From NCBI GenBank assembly GCA_028875175.1, contig JAPPFO010000031.1, positions 1 through 51,629 of the forward strand: a stretch of DNA of 51,629 nucleotides, given 5' to 3'. Within the stretch, counting starts at the first letter, position 1. Every line of letters begins with the position of its first letter. The notes under the pieces are model-generated. The model saw only the letters and a list, made by a program, of their open reading frames with translations, was not told the origin of the DNA and ran no database searches. Both the position numbers and the translations under genes were made by a program. The DNA comes from Chloroflexota bacterium. Its GTDB lineage: Bacteria > Chloroflexota > UBA11872. Below, in pieces: positions 8,632 to 18,145 of this stretch.

Positions 8632-9383
8632 CGGCGACCTGGGGACCCGTTGGGCAGGAAAGCGCGCTGGGCGGCTTCGAGATCGATATCGACGACTTCG
8701 AGGGTCCGCTGGATCTCCTGGTTCAGCTGATAGAGAAGCAAGGCCTGGACATCACAGGTGTCTCAGTGCTTGCCGTCACGGACCAGTTTGTTGCTTTCGC
8801 CCACCAGCTGCACGAGCAGTTTGCGGAAGCGGCCTCCGAGTTTCTGCTCGTCGCATCGCGTCTCGCGCTGCTCAAGTCGCGAGCGCTGCTTCCGAGAGTC
8901 GAGCCCGAGGATGAGGAAGAGTCGGTTGACGATCTCGCGGAGCGCCTGCGGGTCTATGCGGCGTTCAAGGCCGTGGCGATGGACCTGGACGCCAGGCTGC
9001 GCGCTGGGGAGTCGTCGTTCATACGGGTTGCCGAGCCGAGCCTTCCGCAGCCGTCCCCTGAACCGGGCGCCGGCGACCTGATGCGGCTGCTCTCGGCGCT
9101 GGAGCGATTGACCCAAGTCGATACGCCCGTTGAGTCGCTCATCGAAGCGCCGACAAGGCGATTCCGTGTGGCAGATAAGGTGCAGGATCTGCAAGCCAGG
9201 TTGAGGTCCCAGGGAACGCTGGCCTTCGATTCGATCGCAGCGGCTTGCGCCGACCGCGCCGAACTCATCGCTACATTTGTCGCCGTGCTTCACCTGGTGC
9301 GGCAGCGTACGGCCACCGTCGAGCAGTCGGGAACTTTCGGGTCCATCGTGCTCAGATCCACTCGCGAGCATGGCGACGGATAG
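8628..9383 (+). CDS. scpA: Segregation and condensation protein A
   Basis: FEIDIDDFEGPLDLLVQLIEKQGLDITGVSVLAVTDQFVAF is the ScpA N-terminal signature. I prefer GTG 8628 (GTGA overlap with the HD gene stop) over TTG 8568 from the ORF track. Confidence 0.85.
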   Translation: MTATWGPVGQESALGGFEIDIDDFEGPLDLLVQLIEKQGLDITGVSVLAVTDQFVAFAHQLHEQFAEAASEFLLVASRLALLKSRALLPRVEPEDEEESVDDLAERLRVYAAFKAVAMDLDARLRAGESSFIRVAEPSLPQPSPEPGAGDLMRLLSALERLTQVDTPVESLIEAPTRRFRVADKVQDLQARLRSQGTLAFDSIAAACADRAELIATFVAVLHLVRQRTATVEQSGTFGSIVLRSTREHGDG

Positions 9384-9975
9384 CGACGCCCGGACCGAGC
9401 CCGACGACGCCGTGGCCGATAGCCTCGATGGCGACTTCGGGCTGGCGCGTACGATCGAGGGGTTGCTGTTCGTAGCGGACCGCGCGCTCTCGGCAGCCGA
9501 GCTTGGCGGAGTTACCGGTGCATCCGACGTCGAGGTTCAAGCAGCGCTCCGCGAACTGATCGCGCACTACCGCACGCGCGGCATCGTCTTGCTCGAGCAC
9601 CGCAATGCCTTCCGGCTGGTCTCCGCTCCCGATCTTGCGGACCACTGCCGCCGGCTTCTGGGTCTGGACCAACGCCGGCAGCCGTCGCGCGCAGCCCTGG
9701 AGACGCTGGGAATCGTCGCCTATCGCGGACAGGCTACGCGTGCGGAAATCGAACGGGTGCGCGGTGTCGACTCTGACAGCGCATTAGCCTCGCTGCTCGC
9801 GCGAAACCTGATTCGCGAAGCCGGGCGCCTTGATGCTCCGGGACGTCCAGCGGTCTTTACGACAACCGACACATTCCTGGCCTACTTCGGTCTGACGTCG
9901 CTGGACGAGCTTCCGGAACTGGACCTGGACGTTGCCTCAGACGAGGCGGCAGTGCGGCCGCCGCCCGACGTCTAG
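9370..9975 (+). CDS. scpB: Segregation and condensation protein B
   Basis: IEGLLFVADRALSAAEL, SRAALETLGIVAYRGQATRAEIERVRGVDSD and GRPAVFTTTDTFLAYFGL match the ScpB tandem winged-helix. ATG 9370 is in frame within ORF 9277-9975 and overlaps the scpA end by 14 nt. Confidence 0.88.
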   Translation: MATDSDARTEPDDAVADSLDGDFGLARTIEGLLFVADRALSAAELGGVTGASDVEVQAALRELIAHYRTRGIVLLEHRNAFRLVSAPDLADHCRRLLGLDQRRQPSRAALETLGIVAYRGQATRAEIERVRGVDSDSALASLLARNLIREAGRLDAPGRPAVFTTTDTFLAYFGLTSLDELPELDLDVASDEAAVRPPPDV

Positions 9976-10367
9976 CGCTTGGTGAACTGCTTGGCCTTGC
10001 GCGCGCGAACGAGGCCGGGCTTCTTACGCTCCTTGGCCCGCGGATCACGGGTTAGCATGCCGGCCTGCTTGAGCTTCGGTCGGTTCTCAGCGTCCATGGA
10101 CACCAGCGCACGCGCCAACCCAAGCCGAATTGCTCCTGCCTGACCGCGCGTACCACCGCCGGTCACGCGCGCGGAAATGCCAACGGACATCTCTTCGAGC
10201 ATTCGCAGCGGCTCCAGCGCGTGAAACCGATGATCGGGGACGGACAGGAATTCCTCGATCGGACGCCCATTGACAACAAACGGCCCGTGCCCGGGGTAGA
10301 CGCGGACCTGTGCGATCGCGGCCTTGCGGCGTCCCAGCCCGTAGTAGTAGTGGCCTTCAAGCGTCAT
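9972..10367 (-). CDS. rpsI: 30S ribosomal protein S9
   Basis: [12 protein letters not shown] plus the C-terminus [31 protein letters not shown] overlap with the rplM stop. Confidence 0.97.
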   Translation of the reverse strand: MTLEGHYYYGLGRRKAAIAQVRVYPGHGPFVVNGRPIEEFLSVPDHRFHALEPLRMLEEMSVGISARVTGGGTRGQAGAIRLGLARALVSMDAENRPKLKQAGMLTRDPRAKERKKPGLVRARKAKQFTKR

Positions 10368-10783
10368 GCGCCAACCTCGAGAATCTGGGGCCGCTGGGCC
10401 TCGTGACGGTGTTCAGGGCCGTCGTACACACGGAGCCGCTTCAATGCGCGGCGGCCGAGCGTGGTCTTCGGCAACATTCCCTTAACGGCAAGTCGAATCA
10501 CCCGGTCGGGTCGTTGGGCGAGCATGTCGTCCAGGCGCGTCATCCGAATCCCCCCCGGGTAGCCGCTGTGCCGGGCGTAGAACTTCTGCTCCAGCTTGCG
10601 TCCGGTGACGCGAACGCGCGCGGCGTTAATCACGATCACTCCGGCGCCGTCGTCAACGTTCGGCGTGAACGTCGGCTGGTCTTTTCCACGCAGCACGTGG
10701 GCGATGCGCGTCGCCAGTCGCCCCAGCGTTTGTCCGGAGGCGTCAACCACCACCCATCGCCGCCCGCTCTGATCGCTCACCAC
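10364..10783 (-). CDS. rplM: 50S ribosomal protein L13
   Basis: [25 protein letters not shown]. Two consecutive GTG codons at 10783 and 10780 could each be the start; 10780 gives a GTGA overlap with truA. Confidence 0.96.
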   Translation of the reverse strand: MVSDQSGRRWVVVDASGQTLGRLATRIAHVLRGKDQPTFTPNVDDGAGVIVINAARVRVTGRKLEQKFYARHSGYPGGIRMTRLDDMLAQRPDRVIRLAVKGMLPKTTLGRRALKRLRVYDGPEHRHEAQRPQILEVGA

Positions 10784-11568
10784 GTCACCGCCTGTGTCAT
10801 TTGTGGTCGATTGTATCGAGACTCCACGTTCGGATACTCCACCTGCAGCAAGGTAAGTCCGTGCGCCGGAGCCGTGCCGCGAACCTGGGACCTGGCTGCG
10901 GGCTTCAGGAGCGCTGCGACATCCGCCGCGTCGATTTCACCACGGCCGGCGCGAACAAGGGTCGCGACGATCCGCCGCACCATGCGGTACAGGAACGCAT
11001 TGGCTGCGATGCGAACGCGAATGGTGCTCCATTCCCGCCACACTTCCAGCGCAAATATCTCGCGCTTCGTGCTCTCCTGGACTCCCGCGGTAAATGCGTC
11101 GAAGTCATGGCCCCCGACCAATTCGGCGGCCGCCGACCGCATGCGCGCCACATCAAGCGACTGCCGAACGTGCCATGCGCGCGCCCTGTCCAGGACGGGC
11201 CGCACTGGCTGCTGCTCGATGCGGTACTCGTAGACGCGCGCGGTGGCGTCGCGACGCGGATCAAACGCCGGCGCCACGGTTGAGAGGTCTCGGATCGCAA
11301 CGTCTACCGGCAAGTGCGCGTTCATGGCCCTGAGAAGCGTGTCGTCGTCAAGACTCGACGCAGTACGAAAAGCCATCACCTGCCCCAGGGCATGAACTCC
11401 GCTGTCGGTCCGCCCGGCGCCGGCAACTGTTACCTCGTCGCCGGTGGCGGCATGAATCGCGGCCTCCAGGACACCTTGCACGGTGCGCGAACTGCGCTGC
11501 CGCTGAAAGCCCTGGAATCCCGCACCGTCGTACTCCACCGTGGCGCGAACGGTTCGAAGCCCGGTCAC
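10777..11568 (-). CDS. truA: tRNA pseudouridine(38-40) synthase
   Basis: [14 protein letters not shown] and the catalytic block [15 protein letters not shown]. The GTG start overlaps the rplQ stop (GTGA). Confidence 0.93.
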   Translation of the reverse strand: MTGLRTVRATVEYDGAGFQGFQRQRSSRTVQGVLEAAIHAATGDEVTVAGAGRTDSGVHALGQVMAFRTASSLDDDTLLRAMNAHLPVDVAIRDLSTVAPAFDPRRDATARVYEYRIEQQPVRPVLDRARAWHVRQSLDVARMRSAAAELVGGHDFDAFTAGVQESTKREIFALEVWREWSTIRVRIAANAFLYRMVRRIVATLVRAGRGEIDAADVAALLKPAARSQVRGTAPAHGLTLLQVEYPNVESRYNRPQMTQAVTW

Positions 11569-11915
11569 ACCAGCTCCATGCGCGCCAGCGGCGCGCCGTC
11601 GCCGAGGCGGACACCAAGACGTCGAATTCGCGTATAGCCGCCGGGTCGATCGGCGTACTGATCGGCCAGATCTTCAAACAGCCTATCAATTGCCTCCGGG
11701 TCCGGGATCCGAGCAATTGCCTGTCGCCGGGCGTGGAGATCGCCGCGCTTCGCCAGGGTGATCAGGCGATCAACGTCTGGACGAATCTCCTTGGCCCGCG
11801 CCAGCGTGGTGTCGATCTGACTGTGCAGAATCAGTGATCTCACGAGACTGCGCTTGAGCGCCCGGCGCTGCGAAGGGTTGCGGCCAAGATGGCGTCCGCG
11901 TCGGCGATGCCGCAT
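11565..11915 (-). CDS. rplQ: 50S ribosomal protein L17
   Basis: [24 protein letters not shown], and its position after rpoA. Confidence 0.96.
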   Translation of the reverse strand: MRHRRRGRHLGRNPSQRRALKRSLVRSLILHSQIDTTLARAKEIRPDVDRLITLAKRGDLHARRQAIARIPDPEAIDRLFEDLADQYADRPGGYTRIRRLGVRLGDGAPLARMELV

Positions 11916-11920
11916 TTGAC

Positions 11921-12898
11921 CTACTCCTGGCCCTCGTCCGGCGCCGACGAGTTATCGGCCAGCGCAAGACCGCGCAATGCCAGGGCCTCGCGAATCTCGT
12001 TGACCAACCGCTCGCCCATGCCGCGCAACTCATAGAGGTCATTCTCGGACATCCCAATAAGCTCCTGGACTGTCTCCAGTTCATGCCGCTTGAGACTGTT
12101 CAAGGCTCGGTTCGAGAGCTTCAGGTCTTCCAACGGATCGCCTTCGGCTTCCGGCATCGGCGGTATGAACGCGGACGGCACCTCGTCCATGGTTTCGTCA
12201 ACGCCCGTGATGAGTTGAAATGACTCAATGAGCTCCTGCGCCGCACCGCGTAGGGCATCCGCCGGGCTCATGACACCGTCGGTCCAGATCTTGAGCACCA
12301 GCCGATCGAACTCGGACTCGCGCCCGACGCGCGCCGGTTCCACGTGGTATTCGACCTTGGTGACCGGACTAAACACCATGTCGAGCGGAATGACGCCGAT
12401 CGGCAGATCGCCGCGCATCTCGCTGCCGACATATCCAGCGCCCGTCTCGACAGAAAACTCCGCCCGCAGGAATCCAGCGTCCGTAAGGGAGGCCAGATGA
12501 TGTTCGGCGTTTACGATTTCGACACCGCTTGGGAGCTCAAGGTCACCGGCGGTGACCTCGGTGGGACCTTCAGCCTCCAAATAGAGAATGGCGGAATCGG
12601 CGTCGTGCGATCTAAGCCGAACGCCTTTGACGTTGAGAAGAAACTCAACAAGGTCTTCGCGCATGAAATCCAGGGTGCTGAACTCATGCAAGGCGCTGTC
12701 TACGCGAGCGGTGGCGATGGCCGCGCCCGGCAGGGCCGCGAGCAGCACGCGGCGCAAGGGGTTGCCTAGCGTGTGCGCGAATCCGCGGCGCAGCGGCTCG
12801 ATATGAAAATGCGCGAAGTCATCGCCAGCCTCGACCATCTGCACGGTCGGCTGGATGTCGGCTTCGGCCTGAGCTGATTCAACGGGTCCAAGAAACAC
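11921..12898 (-). CDS. rpoA: DNA-directed RNA polymerase subunit alpha
   Basis: [21 protein letters not shown] in the N-terminal domain and [25 protein letters not shown] in the C-terminal domain. GTG 12898 is preceded by AAGGTAAGGA. Confidence 0.96.
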   Translation of the reverse strand: MFLGPVESAQAEADIQPTVQMVEAGDDFAHFHIEPLRRGFAHTLGNPLRRVLLAALPGAAIATARVDSALHEFSTLDFMREDLVEFLLNVKGVRLRSHDADSAILYLEAEGPTEVTAGDLELPSGVEIVNAEHHLASLTDAGFLRAEFSVETGAGYVGSEMRGDLPIGVIPLDMVFSPVTKVEYHVEPARVGRESEFDRLVLKIWTDGVMSPADALRGAAQELIESFQLITGVDETMDEVPSAFIPPMPEAEGDPLEDLKLSNRALNSLKRHELETVQELIGMSENDLYELRGMGERLVNEIREALALRGLALADNSSAPDEGQE

Positions 12899-12946
12899 CG
12901 CTGGTCCTTACCTTCCTGTCCGCTTCCACGGACTGTCGCGCACGAA

Positions 12947-13579
12947 TTAGCGCGAGTAGAACTCGACGATCAATTGCTCGTTGAGTGTCGCGTCGATCTG
13001 GTTGCGATCCGGGATCGCGTTAATGGTGCCTTCGAACGACTCGGGATCTACCGAAAGCCACGCTGGCCGGCCCAGCGCTTCGGCACGGTCCATTGCGTTC
13101 TTGACAGTGTCGATGTTGCGGCTCTTCTGGCGCAGCCGAACTCTGTCGCCGACGCCCAGAACAGCCGACGGGATGTCGTGCTTGCGGCTGTTCAATTCGA
13201 TGTGGCCATGCTGAATGAGTTGACGCGCGTGCGCGCGGCTCAGCCCGAAGCCCATCCGATATACGACGCTGTCCGCTCGTAGCTCCAGCAACTGCAGCAG
13301 GCGCTCGCCGCGCGGCCCACTCTGTTTGCCGGCCATCCGATAGTGCCGACGAAACTGGCGTTCGAGCACTCCGTAGATCCGTCGAGCCTTCTGCTTTTCG
13401 CGCAACTGGATGGCGTACTCCGTCGGCCGCCTCCGGCTGAAACCGCGGGCTCCCGGGCCGCCGCGATCACCGCGGCGCTCGATGGCGCACTTGGGTGTGT
13501 GGCAACGGTCGCCCTTGAGAAAGAGCTTCTCACCCTCGCGCCGGCAGAGGCGGCAAACAGGTCCTGTATAGCGGGCCAT
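12947..13579 (-). CDS. rpsD: 30S ribosomal protein S4 (Cys4 zinc type)
   Basis: MARYTGPVCRLCRREGEKLFLKGDRCHTPKC ... NEQLIVEFYSR. A GGGAG Shine-Dalgarno lies about 10 nt upstream of the ATG. Confidence 0.97.
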   Translation of the reverse strand: MARYTGPVCRLCRREGEKLFLKGDRCHTPKCAIERRGDRGGPGARGFSRRRPTEYAIQLREKQKARRIYGVLERQFRRHYRMAGKQSGPRGERLLQLLELRADSVVYRMGFGLSRAHARQLIQHGHIELNSRKHDIPSAVLGVGDRVRLRQKSRNIDTVKNAMDRAEALGRPAWLSVDPESFEGTINAIPDRNQIDATLNEQLIVEFYSR

Positions 13580-13609
13580 TCGAATTCGTCTCCCTGGTCT
13601 GGTTGCGGC

Positions 13610-13999
13610 CTACACGCGCCGGCGCTTGGGCGGCCGCGGACCGTTATGAGGGATGGGCGTGACGTCGGAGATGCTCGAGACATTGAGCCCAACGGCCTGT
13701 AACGCACGCACGGCGGCGTCACGGCCTGAACCTGGACCTTTGACAAACACGTTGATGTCGCGCATTCCCGCGTCCATGGCGCGCTGCGCGGCTTGCTCCG
13801 CAGCCTGTTGCGCGGCGAACGGCGTGCTCTTGCGCGATCCACGTGCGCCGATGGTTCCGCCACTCGCCGACGCGACGGTATCGCCCATGGGGTCGGTAAT
13901 GGTGATGATGGTGTTGTTGAAGGAGGCGTGGATGTGCGCGGCGCCTCGTGGCACGGGCGCCCGACTTCGACGCCGGGATCGACTTGAACGTTCGGCCAT
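13610..13999 (-). CDS. rpsK: 30S ribosomal protein S11
   Basis: [27 protein letters not shown], and a C-terminal [13 protein letters not shown]. Confidence 0.97.
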   Translation of the reverse strand: MAERSSRSRRRSRAPVPRGAAHIHASFNNTIITITDPMGDTVASASGGTIGARGSRKSTPFAAQQAAEQAAQRAMDAGMRDINVFVKGPGSGRDAAVRALQAVGLNVSSISDVTPIPHNGPRPPKRRRV

Positions 14000-14003
14000 A
14001 CGT

Positions 14004-14384
14004 CTAGCCTCGCTTGATTACGCGCTTGCGAATACCGACCGTCCGGCGCGGCCCTTTGCGCGTGCGGGCGTTGGTTCGCGTGCGCTGTCCGCGCGTTGGG
14101 AGCCCGATTCGGTGTCGCAGCCCCCGGTAGGAACCGATCTCACGCAGTCGGGCGATGCTGGTCTGCACCACGCGGCGCAAATCCCCCTCCACCCGCTCGC
14201 GACCGATCAAGGCCCGGACCCGCCCGAGCTCCGCCTCGGTCAGGTCACTGACGCGAGCCTGCGGATTGACGTCGGCCTGTCGGACAATCTCGGCACTGGT
14301 GGTACGTCCGATGCCGTAGATGTGGGTCAGTGCAATCACCACTGGCTTGTGGCGTGGAATGTCAACGCCGGCAATACGAGCCAT
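14004..14384 (-). CDS. rpsM: 30S ribosomal protein S13
   Basis: [11 protein letters not shown] ... [26 protein letters not shown]. Confidence 0.97.
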   Translation of the reverse strand: MARIAGVDIPRHKPVVIALTHIYGIGRTTSAEIVRQADVNPQARVSDLTEAELGRVRALIGRERVEGDLRRVVQTSIARLREIGSYRGLRHRIGLPTRGQRTRTNARTRKGPRRTVGIRKRVIKRG

Positions 14385-14396
14385 GTGTCCCCGTCC

Positions 14397-14510
14397 TTAG
14401 CCTTGTCGCTGCTTGTGTTTCGGGTTTGAGCAAATGACCATGACACGCCCATGCCGCCGGATCACGCGGCAGCGGTCGCACCGTGGTTTGACGGAAGCCG
14501 AGACTCGCAT
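14397..14510 (-). CDS. rpmJ: 50S ribosomal protein L36 (zinc type)
   Basis: Not in the supplied ORF track because it is too short. Reading the minus strand from ATG 14510 to TAA 14397 gives [37 protein letters not shown]. It sits in the canonical position between infA and rpsM. Confidence 0.93.
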   Translation of the reverse strand: MRVSASVKPRCDRCRVIRRHGRVMVICSNPKHKQRQG

Positions 14511-14515
14511 AGTCG

Positions 14516-14863
14516 CTACCGCTCCACTCGCTGATCGGCGCGCAGCCGCCAGGTAATTCGACCGCGCGAAAGGTCGTAGGGTGAGAGTTGCATACGTACG
14601 CGGTCGCCAACGCCTACGCGAATAAAGCGTAGTCGCATCTTGCCGGCCAAATGGGCGAGGATGGCCTGCGGCTCGTCATCGTCGCCGTCCCCCGTCTGAA
14701 TGCGAAGCGGCTGACCATTTGGCCCAATTGGCTTGACGAGGAACATCGTGTTCGGCAGTGAGTCGACGACCTCGCCTTCGATTTCGATGACGGGAGTCTT
14801 GCTGGACGACTCGTCGGCCGGGGCCGGCGCTTCGTTTCTCTGGTTTCTGGGTGGCGGCACCAC
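14516..14863 (-). CDS. infA: Translation initiation factor IF-1, atypically long (115 aa)
   Basis: Conserved IF-1 blocks are [18 protein letters not shown] and [40 protein letters not shown] codons at 14863 and 14860 lie just after the map stop, with GAGG upstream. Extra segments are described in the findings. Confidence 0.85.
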   Translation of the reverse strand: MVPPPRNQRNEAPAPADESSSKTPVIEIEGEVVDSLPNTMFLVKPIGPNGQPLRIQTGDGDDDEPQAILAHLAGKMRLRFIRVGVGDRVRMQLSPYDLSRGRITWRLRADQRVER

Positions 14864-14868
14864 GAGCC

Positions 14869-15651
14869 TCAGACAGCTTCCGTAAGGACGCGCGGTCCTG
14901 CGTTGGTGATTGCCACGGTGTGTTCGAAGTGGGCGGACAGCGAGCCATCGTCCGTGCGCGCTGTCCAGCCGTCGGAATCGAAGGCCACGCCGGCGGACCC
15001 GATATTGACCATCGGCTCGATAGCGAGGGTGGTTCCCGGAACCAACTCTGGCCCACTGCCAGGACGCCCGAAGTTGGGCACCTGGGGCGACTCGTGCATG
15101 GTGCGCCCGATTCCGTGTCCGACGAATCGTCTCACGATGGTTAGTCCGGCCTCCTCGACCAGCTTCTGCACGGCTGCTCCGATATCTCCGATGTGGCCAC
15201 CCGCGACGGAGGCACGGATAGCTTCAGCGAGTGCGGCGCGAGTTACATCAAGCAGGCGGCTCGCGTCAGGGTCAATCTCGCCAACCGCGAGCGTACGCGC
15301 TGAGTCGGAGTGCCAGCCGTCGAGAATCACTCCACAGTCCAGACTAATGATATCGCCTTCCCGCAGCTTCGCGCTACCCGGAATTCCGTGCACGATTGCG
15401 TCATTGATCGACGCGCAGATTGCGCCGGGAAAGGGCTTGACGCCGGGGTCGGCCGCGGGCACGCCTTGAAACGACGGGATGCCGCCGTGGTCGCGGATGA
15501 AGGTCTCGGCCATCGCGTCGAGTTCGCCGGTGGTTACGCCGGGACAGACCACCGTCTCGATCTCGTTCAGCGCGCCGGCCAGGACGCGGCCTGAGGCGGC
15601 CATTGCTTCGACCTGCTCAGGGGTCTTCGGTTTGATCGAACCGGACATCAC
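14869..15651 (-). CDS. map: Type I methionine aminopeptidase
   Basis: AICASINDAIVHGIP, DIISLDCG, WHSDSART, FVGHGIGRTMHE, LAIEPM and AHFEHTV (metal-ligand blocks). The start is GTG 15651 or ATG 15648, overlapping the adk stop. Confidence 0.95.
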   Translation of the reverse strand: MMSGSIKPKTPEQVEAMAASGRVLAGALNEIETVVCPGVTTGELDAMAETFIRDHGGIPSFQGVPAADPGVKPFPGAICASINDAIVHGIPGSAKLREGDIISLDCGVILDGWHSDSARTLAVGEIDPDASRLLDVTRAALAEAIRASVAGGHIGDIGAAVQKLVEEAGLTIVRRFVGHGIGRTMHESPQVPNFGRPGSGPELVPGTTLAIEPMVNIGSAGVAFDSDGWTARTDDGSLSAHFEHTVAITNAGPRVLTEAV

Positions 15652-16220
15652 CTGATTACGGCCTTCAAGGTGGTCCAGACGCGACGCGCGACGGATTCAA
15701 CATCGCCGATGCCGTTCACTTCAATCAGGGCGCCAGCCTCACGGTAGTGGTCGATGAGCGGCTCGGTGTCCTGGTGGTAGACCTGCAAGCGGTGGCGGGC
15801 TGTTTCTTCGGTATCGTCCGCCCGACCGCGGTCGAGCAGACGCCGTAGCGCGATGTGGTCGGGCACGTCGATGTAAACCGCGGCGGTCACGGAGAGGTTG
15901 AACTGCCTGAGCAGGTCATCCAGCTTTTCGGCCTGGTTCCGCGTTCGCGGGAAGCCATCAAAGCAGATATCACGTCTCCGAGCGTCGCCCATGTACTCCT
16001 CGATCACCTGCAGTACGACCTGATCGGGTACGAGTTGGCCGCTGAGCAGATAGGACTCGGCGCGCAGCCCCGCCGGCGATCCGGCGGTAACCGCATCGCG
16101 AAAGAGATCGCCGGTGGACACGTGATCCAGCGCCATGCGGCAGGCCAGACGCTCACCCTGCGTGCCCTTGCCAGCACCAGGGGGGCCAAGCAGGACTACG
16201 ATCACTGGACGCTCGCCCAT
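15648..16220 (-). CDS. adk: Adenylate kinase (short-LID form)
   Basis: P-loop LLGPPGAGKGTQ, STGDLFR and FDGFPRT. The LID region RGRADDTEETARHRLQVY is short and has no Cys4. Confidence 0.95.
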   Translation of the reverse strand: MGERPVIVVLLGPPGAGKGTQGERLACRMALDHVSTGDLFRDAVTAGSPAGLRAESYLLSGQLVPDQVVLQVIEEYMGDARRRDICFDGFPRTRNQAEKLDDLLRQFNLSVTAAVYIDVPDHIALRRLLDRGRADDTEETARHRLQVYHQDTEPLIDHYREAGALIEVNGIGDVESVARRVWTTLKAVIR

Positions 16221-16224
16221 GCGC

Positions 16225-17505
16225 CTACCGAATGAACCCTTCGTAGTTGCGCATCATCAACTGCGATTCAAGCTGGCGCATGGTGTCCAGCACGACGCCC
16301 ACGACGATCAGCATCCCCGTGCTGCTGATGGCCACCGCGTCGGCGCCCGTTACGGTCTGGGCCACGAAGGGTACGACGGCGATGATTCCCAGGAATACCG
16401 CGCCAGCCAGCGTGATGCGGTTGACGACTCCCGTCAGGTACTGGTGCGTGGGACGGCCGGGACGGATACCCGGGATAAAGCCGCCGTTCTTCTGCAGGTT
16501 CTCCGCCAGGTTTTGCTGCTGAAAGACGACCAGCGTGTACACATACGTAAATACGATCACAAGCAGAAACGTGAAGACCCAGTAGATGCCGTTGCCAGGG
16601 CTGAGGGTGATCGCGATGGCGCCGGCCGCATTGGCCAACCACGATACTTCGGATGTCTCGAAGTAGCTGGCAACCGTGGCTGGAAGCAGCATCAGCGAAA
16701 AGGCAAAAATCAGGGGAATCATGCCCGCCGAGTTGACCTTGAGCGGGATGTGCGTGCTCTGGCCGCCGTACATGCGGGTTCCCCGGATGCGCTTGGCGTA
16801 GTGCACCGGAATTCGACGCTGAGCTTCCTGCACGAACACGATGGCCGCGATCATGATGAGGCCAATGATCACGACGGCAATGAAGCCGCCGATGTTCTGG
16901 CCAGCGAACAGCGACTGGCCTAACGCCGCGGGAGCACCGGCCACGATGCCGGCAAAGATGATGATCGAGACCCCGTTCCCAATGCCGTTCTCGGTGATCA
17001 ACTCGCCGATCCAAAGCAGAAACATCGTCCCCGCGGTCATCACGATCAGCATCACAGCGATGTCGAACGGGCCCAGCGTTGGCGACAACAGACCTTGCTG
17101 GGCTGAGCGCAGGATCTGAATCTGGCCAAACCCCTGCAGCATGGCGAAAGGAATCGTGGCCAGGCGGGTCCACTGCGCGATCTTGCGTCGACCGGATTCA
17201 CCTTCCCGCGAGAGTTCCTGCAACGGCGGGATCAACGGAACCAGGACCGTTGAAGCGATGTTGGCGGTGACGTAGGGATACACACCCAACGCGACGACCG
17301 AAAAGTTCTCCAGCGCCCCGCCGGACAGGAGGTTCATGAACCCCAGCAACTGGTTGCCGGCGAAGAAGTCGGCCAGCAGTGCCGTGTTCACACCGGGCAG
17401 CGGGATGTGCGCAACCGCCCTGAATACGATCAGAAGGCCGATTGTGAAGAGAATCTTGCGACGAACGTCGGGCAGCTGGAAAGCCGCGACGGCCGTCTCG
17501 ATCAC
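16225..17505 (-). CDS. secY: Preprotein translocase subunit SecY
   Basis: 426-aa polytopic membrane ORF in the canonical spc-operon position, with RRKI..WTR, GNGVSIIIFAGIVA and a C-terminal QLESQLMMRNYEGFI. Confidence 0.96.
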   Translation of the reverse strand: MIETAVAAFQLPDVRRKILFTIGLLIVFRAVAHIPLPGVNTALLADFFAGNQLLGFMNLLSGGALENFSVVALGVYPYVTANIASTVLVPLIPPLQELSREGESGRRKIAQWTRLATIPFAMLQGFGQIQILRSAQQGLLSPTLGPFDIAVMLIVMTAGTMFLLWIGELITENGIGNGVSIIIFAGIVAGAPAALGQSLFAGQNIGGFIAVVIIGLIMIAAIVFVQEAQRRIPVHYAKRIRGTRMYGGQSTHIPLKVNSAGMIPLIFAFSLMLLPATVASYFETSEVSWLANAAGAIAITLSPGNGIYWVFTFLLVIVFTYVYTLVVFQQQNLAENLQKNGGFIPGIRPGRPTHQYLTGVVNRITLAGAVFLGIIAVVPFVAQTVTGADAVAISSTGMLIVVGVVLDTMRQLESQLMMRNYEGFIR

Positions 17506-17948
17506 TCGCTCAACTCCTCGACGGAACCGCCGGCGCTTTCGATCTTCGCCTTGGCCGTCGCCGAAAACTTCGGTGCGCGTACCGTCAAGGCGTGTTCCAG
17601 GTCACCGTCGCCGAGGATCTTGAACAAGCCGGGCTCAATGAGCCCCTTGCCCTTGAGTTCCTCAGGCCCAACCACCGATCCCTCTGGAAAGACGTTCAGC
17701 GCACTCACGTTGACCGGCTGGAAGTCGCGCCTGAATCGGTGATTGGTGAAGCCGCGACGATTGGGGAAACGCATGAGCAGGCGCGTCTGCCCGCCTTCGA
17801 ATCCGGGGTACGCGTTGCCACCGCTTCGAGCGCCCTGACCCAGGGTGCCGCGGCCGGTCGTCTTGCCCTTCCCGGATCCCTCGCCGCGGCCAACGCGACG
17901 ACGTCGCTTGCGCGGTGGCGCGACTGCCGTGATTTGATGCGGTTTCAT
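17502..17948 (-). CDS. rplO: 50S ribosomal protein L15
   Basis: RKRRRRVGRGEGSGKGKTTGRGTLGQGARSG. Confidence 0.95.
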   Translation of the reverse strand: MKPHQITAVAPPRKRRRRVGRGEGSGKGKTTGRGTLGQGARSGGNAYPGFEGGQTRLLMRFPNRRGFTNHRFRRDFQPVNVSALNVFPEGSVVGPEELKGKGLIEPGLFKILGDGDLEHALTVRAPKFSATAKAKIESAGGSVEELSE

Positions 17949-18145
17949 GCCTGATCGCCGTTCGGGATGTCGGACTCGACCTCAACGAGGTGTTGCACGA
18001 CCTTGACCATGGCCCGAACGTCCGCCGTGTCGGGCCGAGACGACGTTTGGCCAAGTGCACCCAGACCCAGAGCCCTGAGCGTGTCACGCTGCGAGTCCCG
18101 GGATCCGATGGAGCTCCGCACCTGACGCAGGCGCAGTTCAGTCAT
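17945..18145 (-). CDS. rpmD: 50S ribosomal protein L30
   Basis: [31 protein letters not shown] 18145 lies 2 nt after the rpsE stop. The ORF-track start at 18217 would overlap rpsE and is rejected. Confidence 0.9.
   Translation of the reverse strand: MTELRLRQVRSSIGSRDSQRDTLRALGLGALGQTSSRPDTADVRAMVKVVQHLVEVESDIPNGDQA

Noticed and set aside
10310-11233. Long ORFs antisense to, or out of frame with, conserved genes. Examples: 10310-11233 (+), 26274-27308 (+), 27830-28888 (+), 33845-34822 (+), 44499-45794 (+), 46617-47711 (+), 13240-13863 (-), 4031-4573 (-).
   Set aside because: Each lies entirely inside or across strongly conserved genes on the other strand or frame. Their translations are Arg/Pro/Ala/Gly-rich low-complexity strings with no recognisable motifs. 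That is the expected stop-codon-poor artefact of a ~2/3 G+C genome.
15648-16220. Adenylate kinase lacks the long LID/zinc motif.
   Set aside because: Short-LID Adk forms are well known, for example in mycobacteria. This is a normal variant, not a novelty.
16268-17173. 301-aa same-strand alternative-frame ORF inside secY, with similar alt-frame ORFs inside rpoC, rpoB and the GT genes.
   Set aside because: Junk-like composition (R/P/G/H-rich), while the secY frame has clear family similarity. There is no evidence for overprinting.
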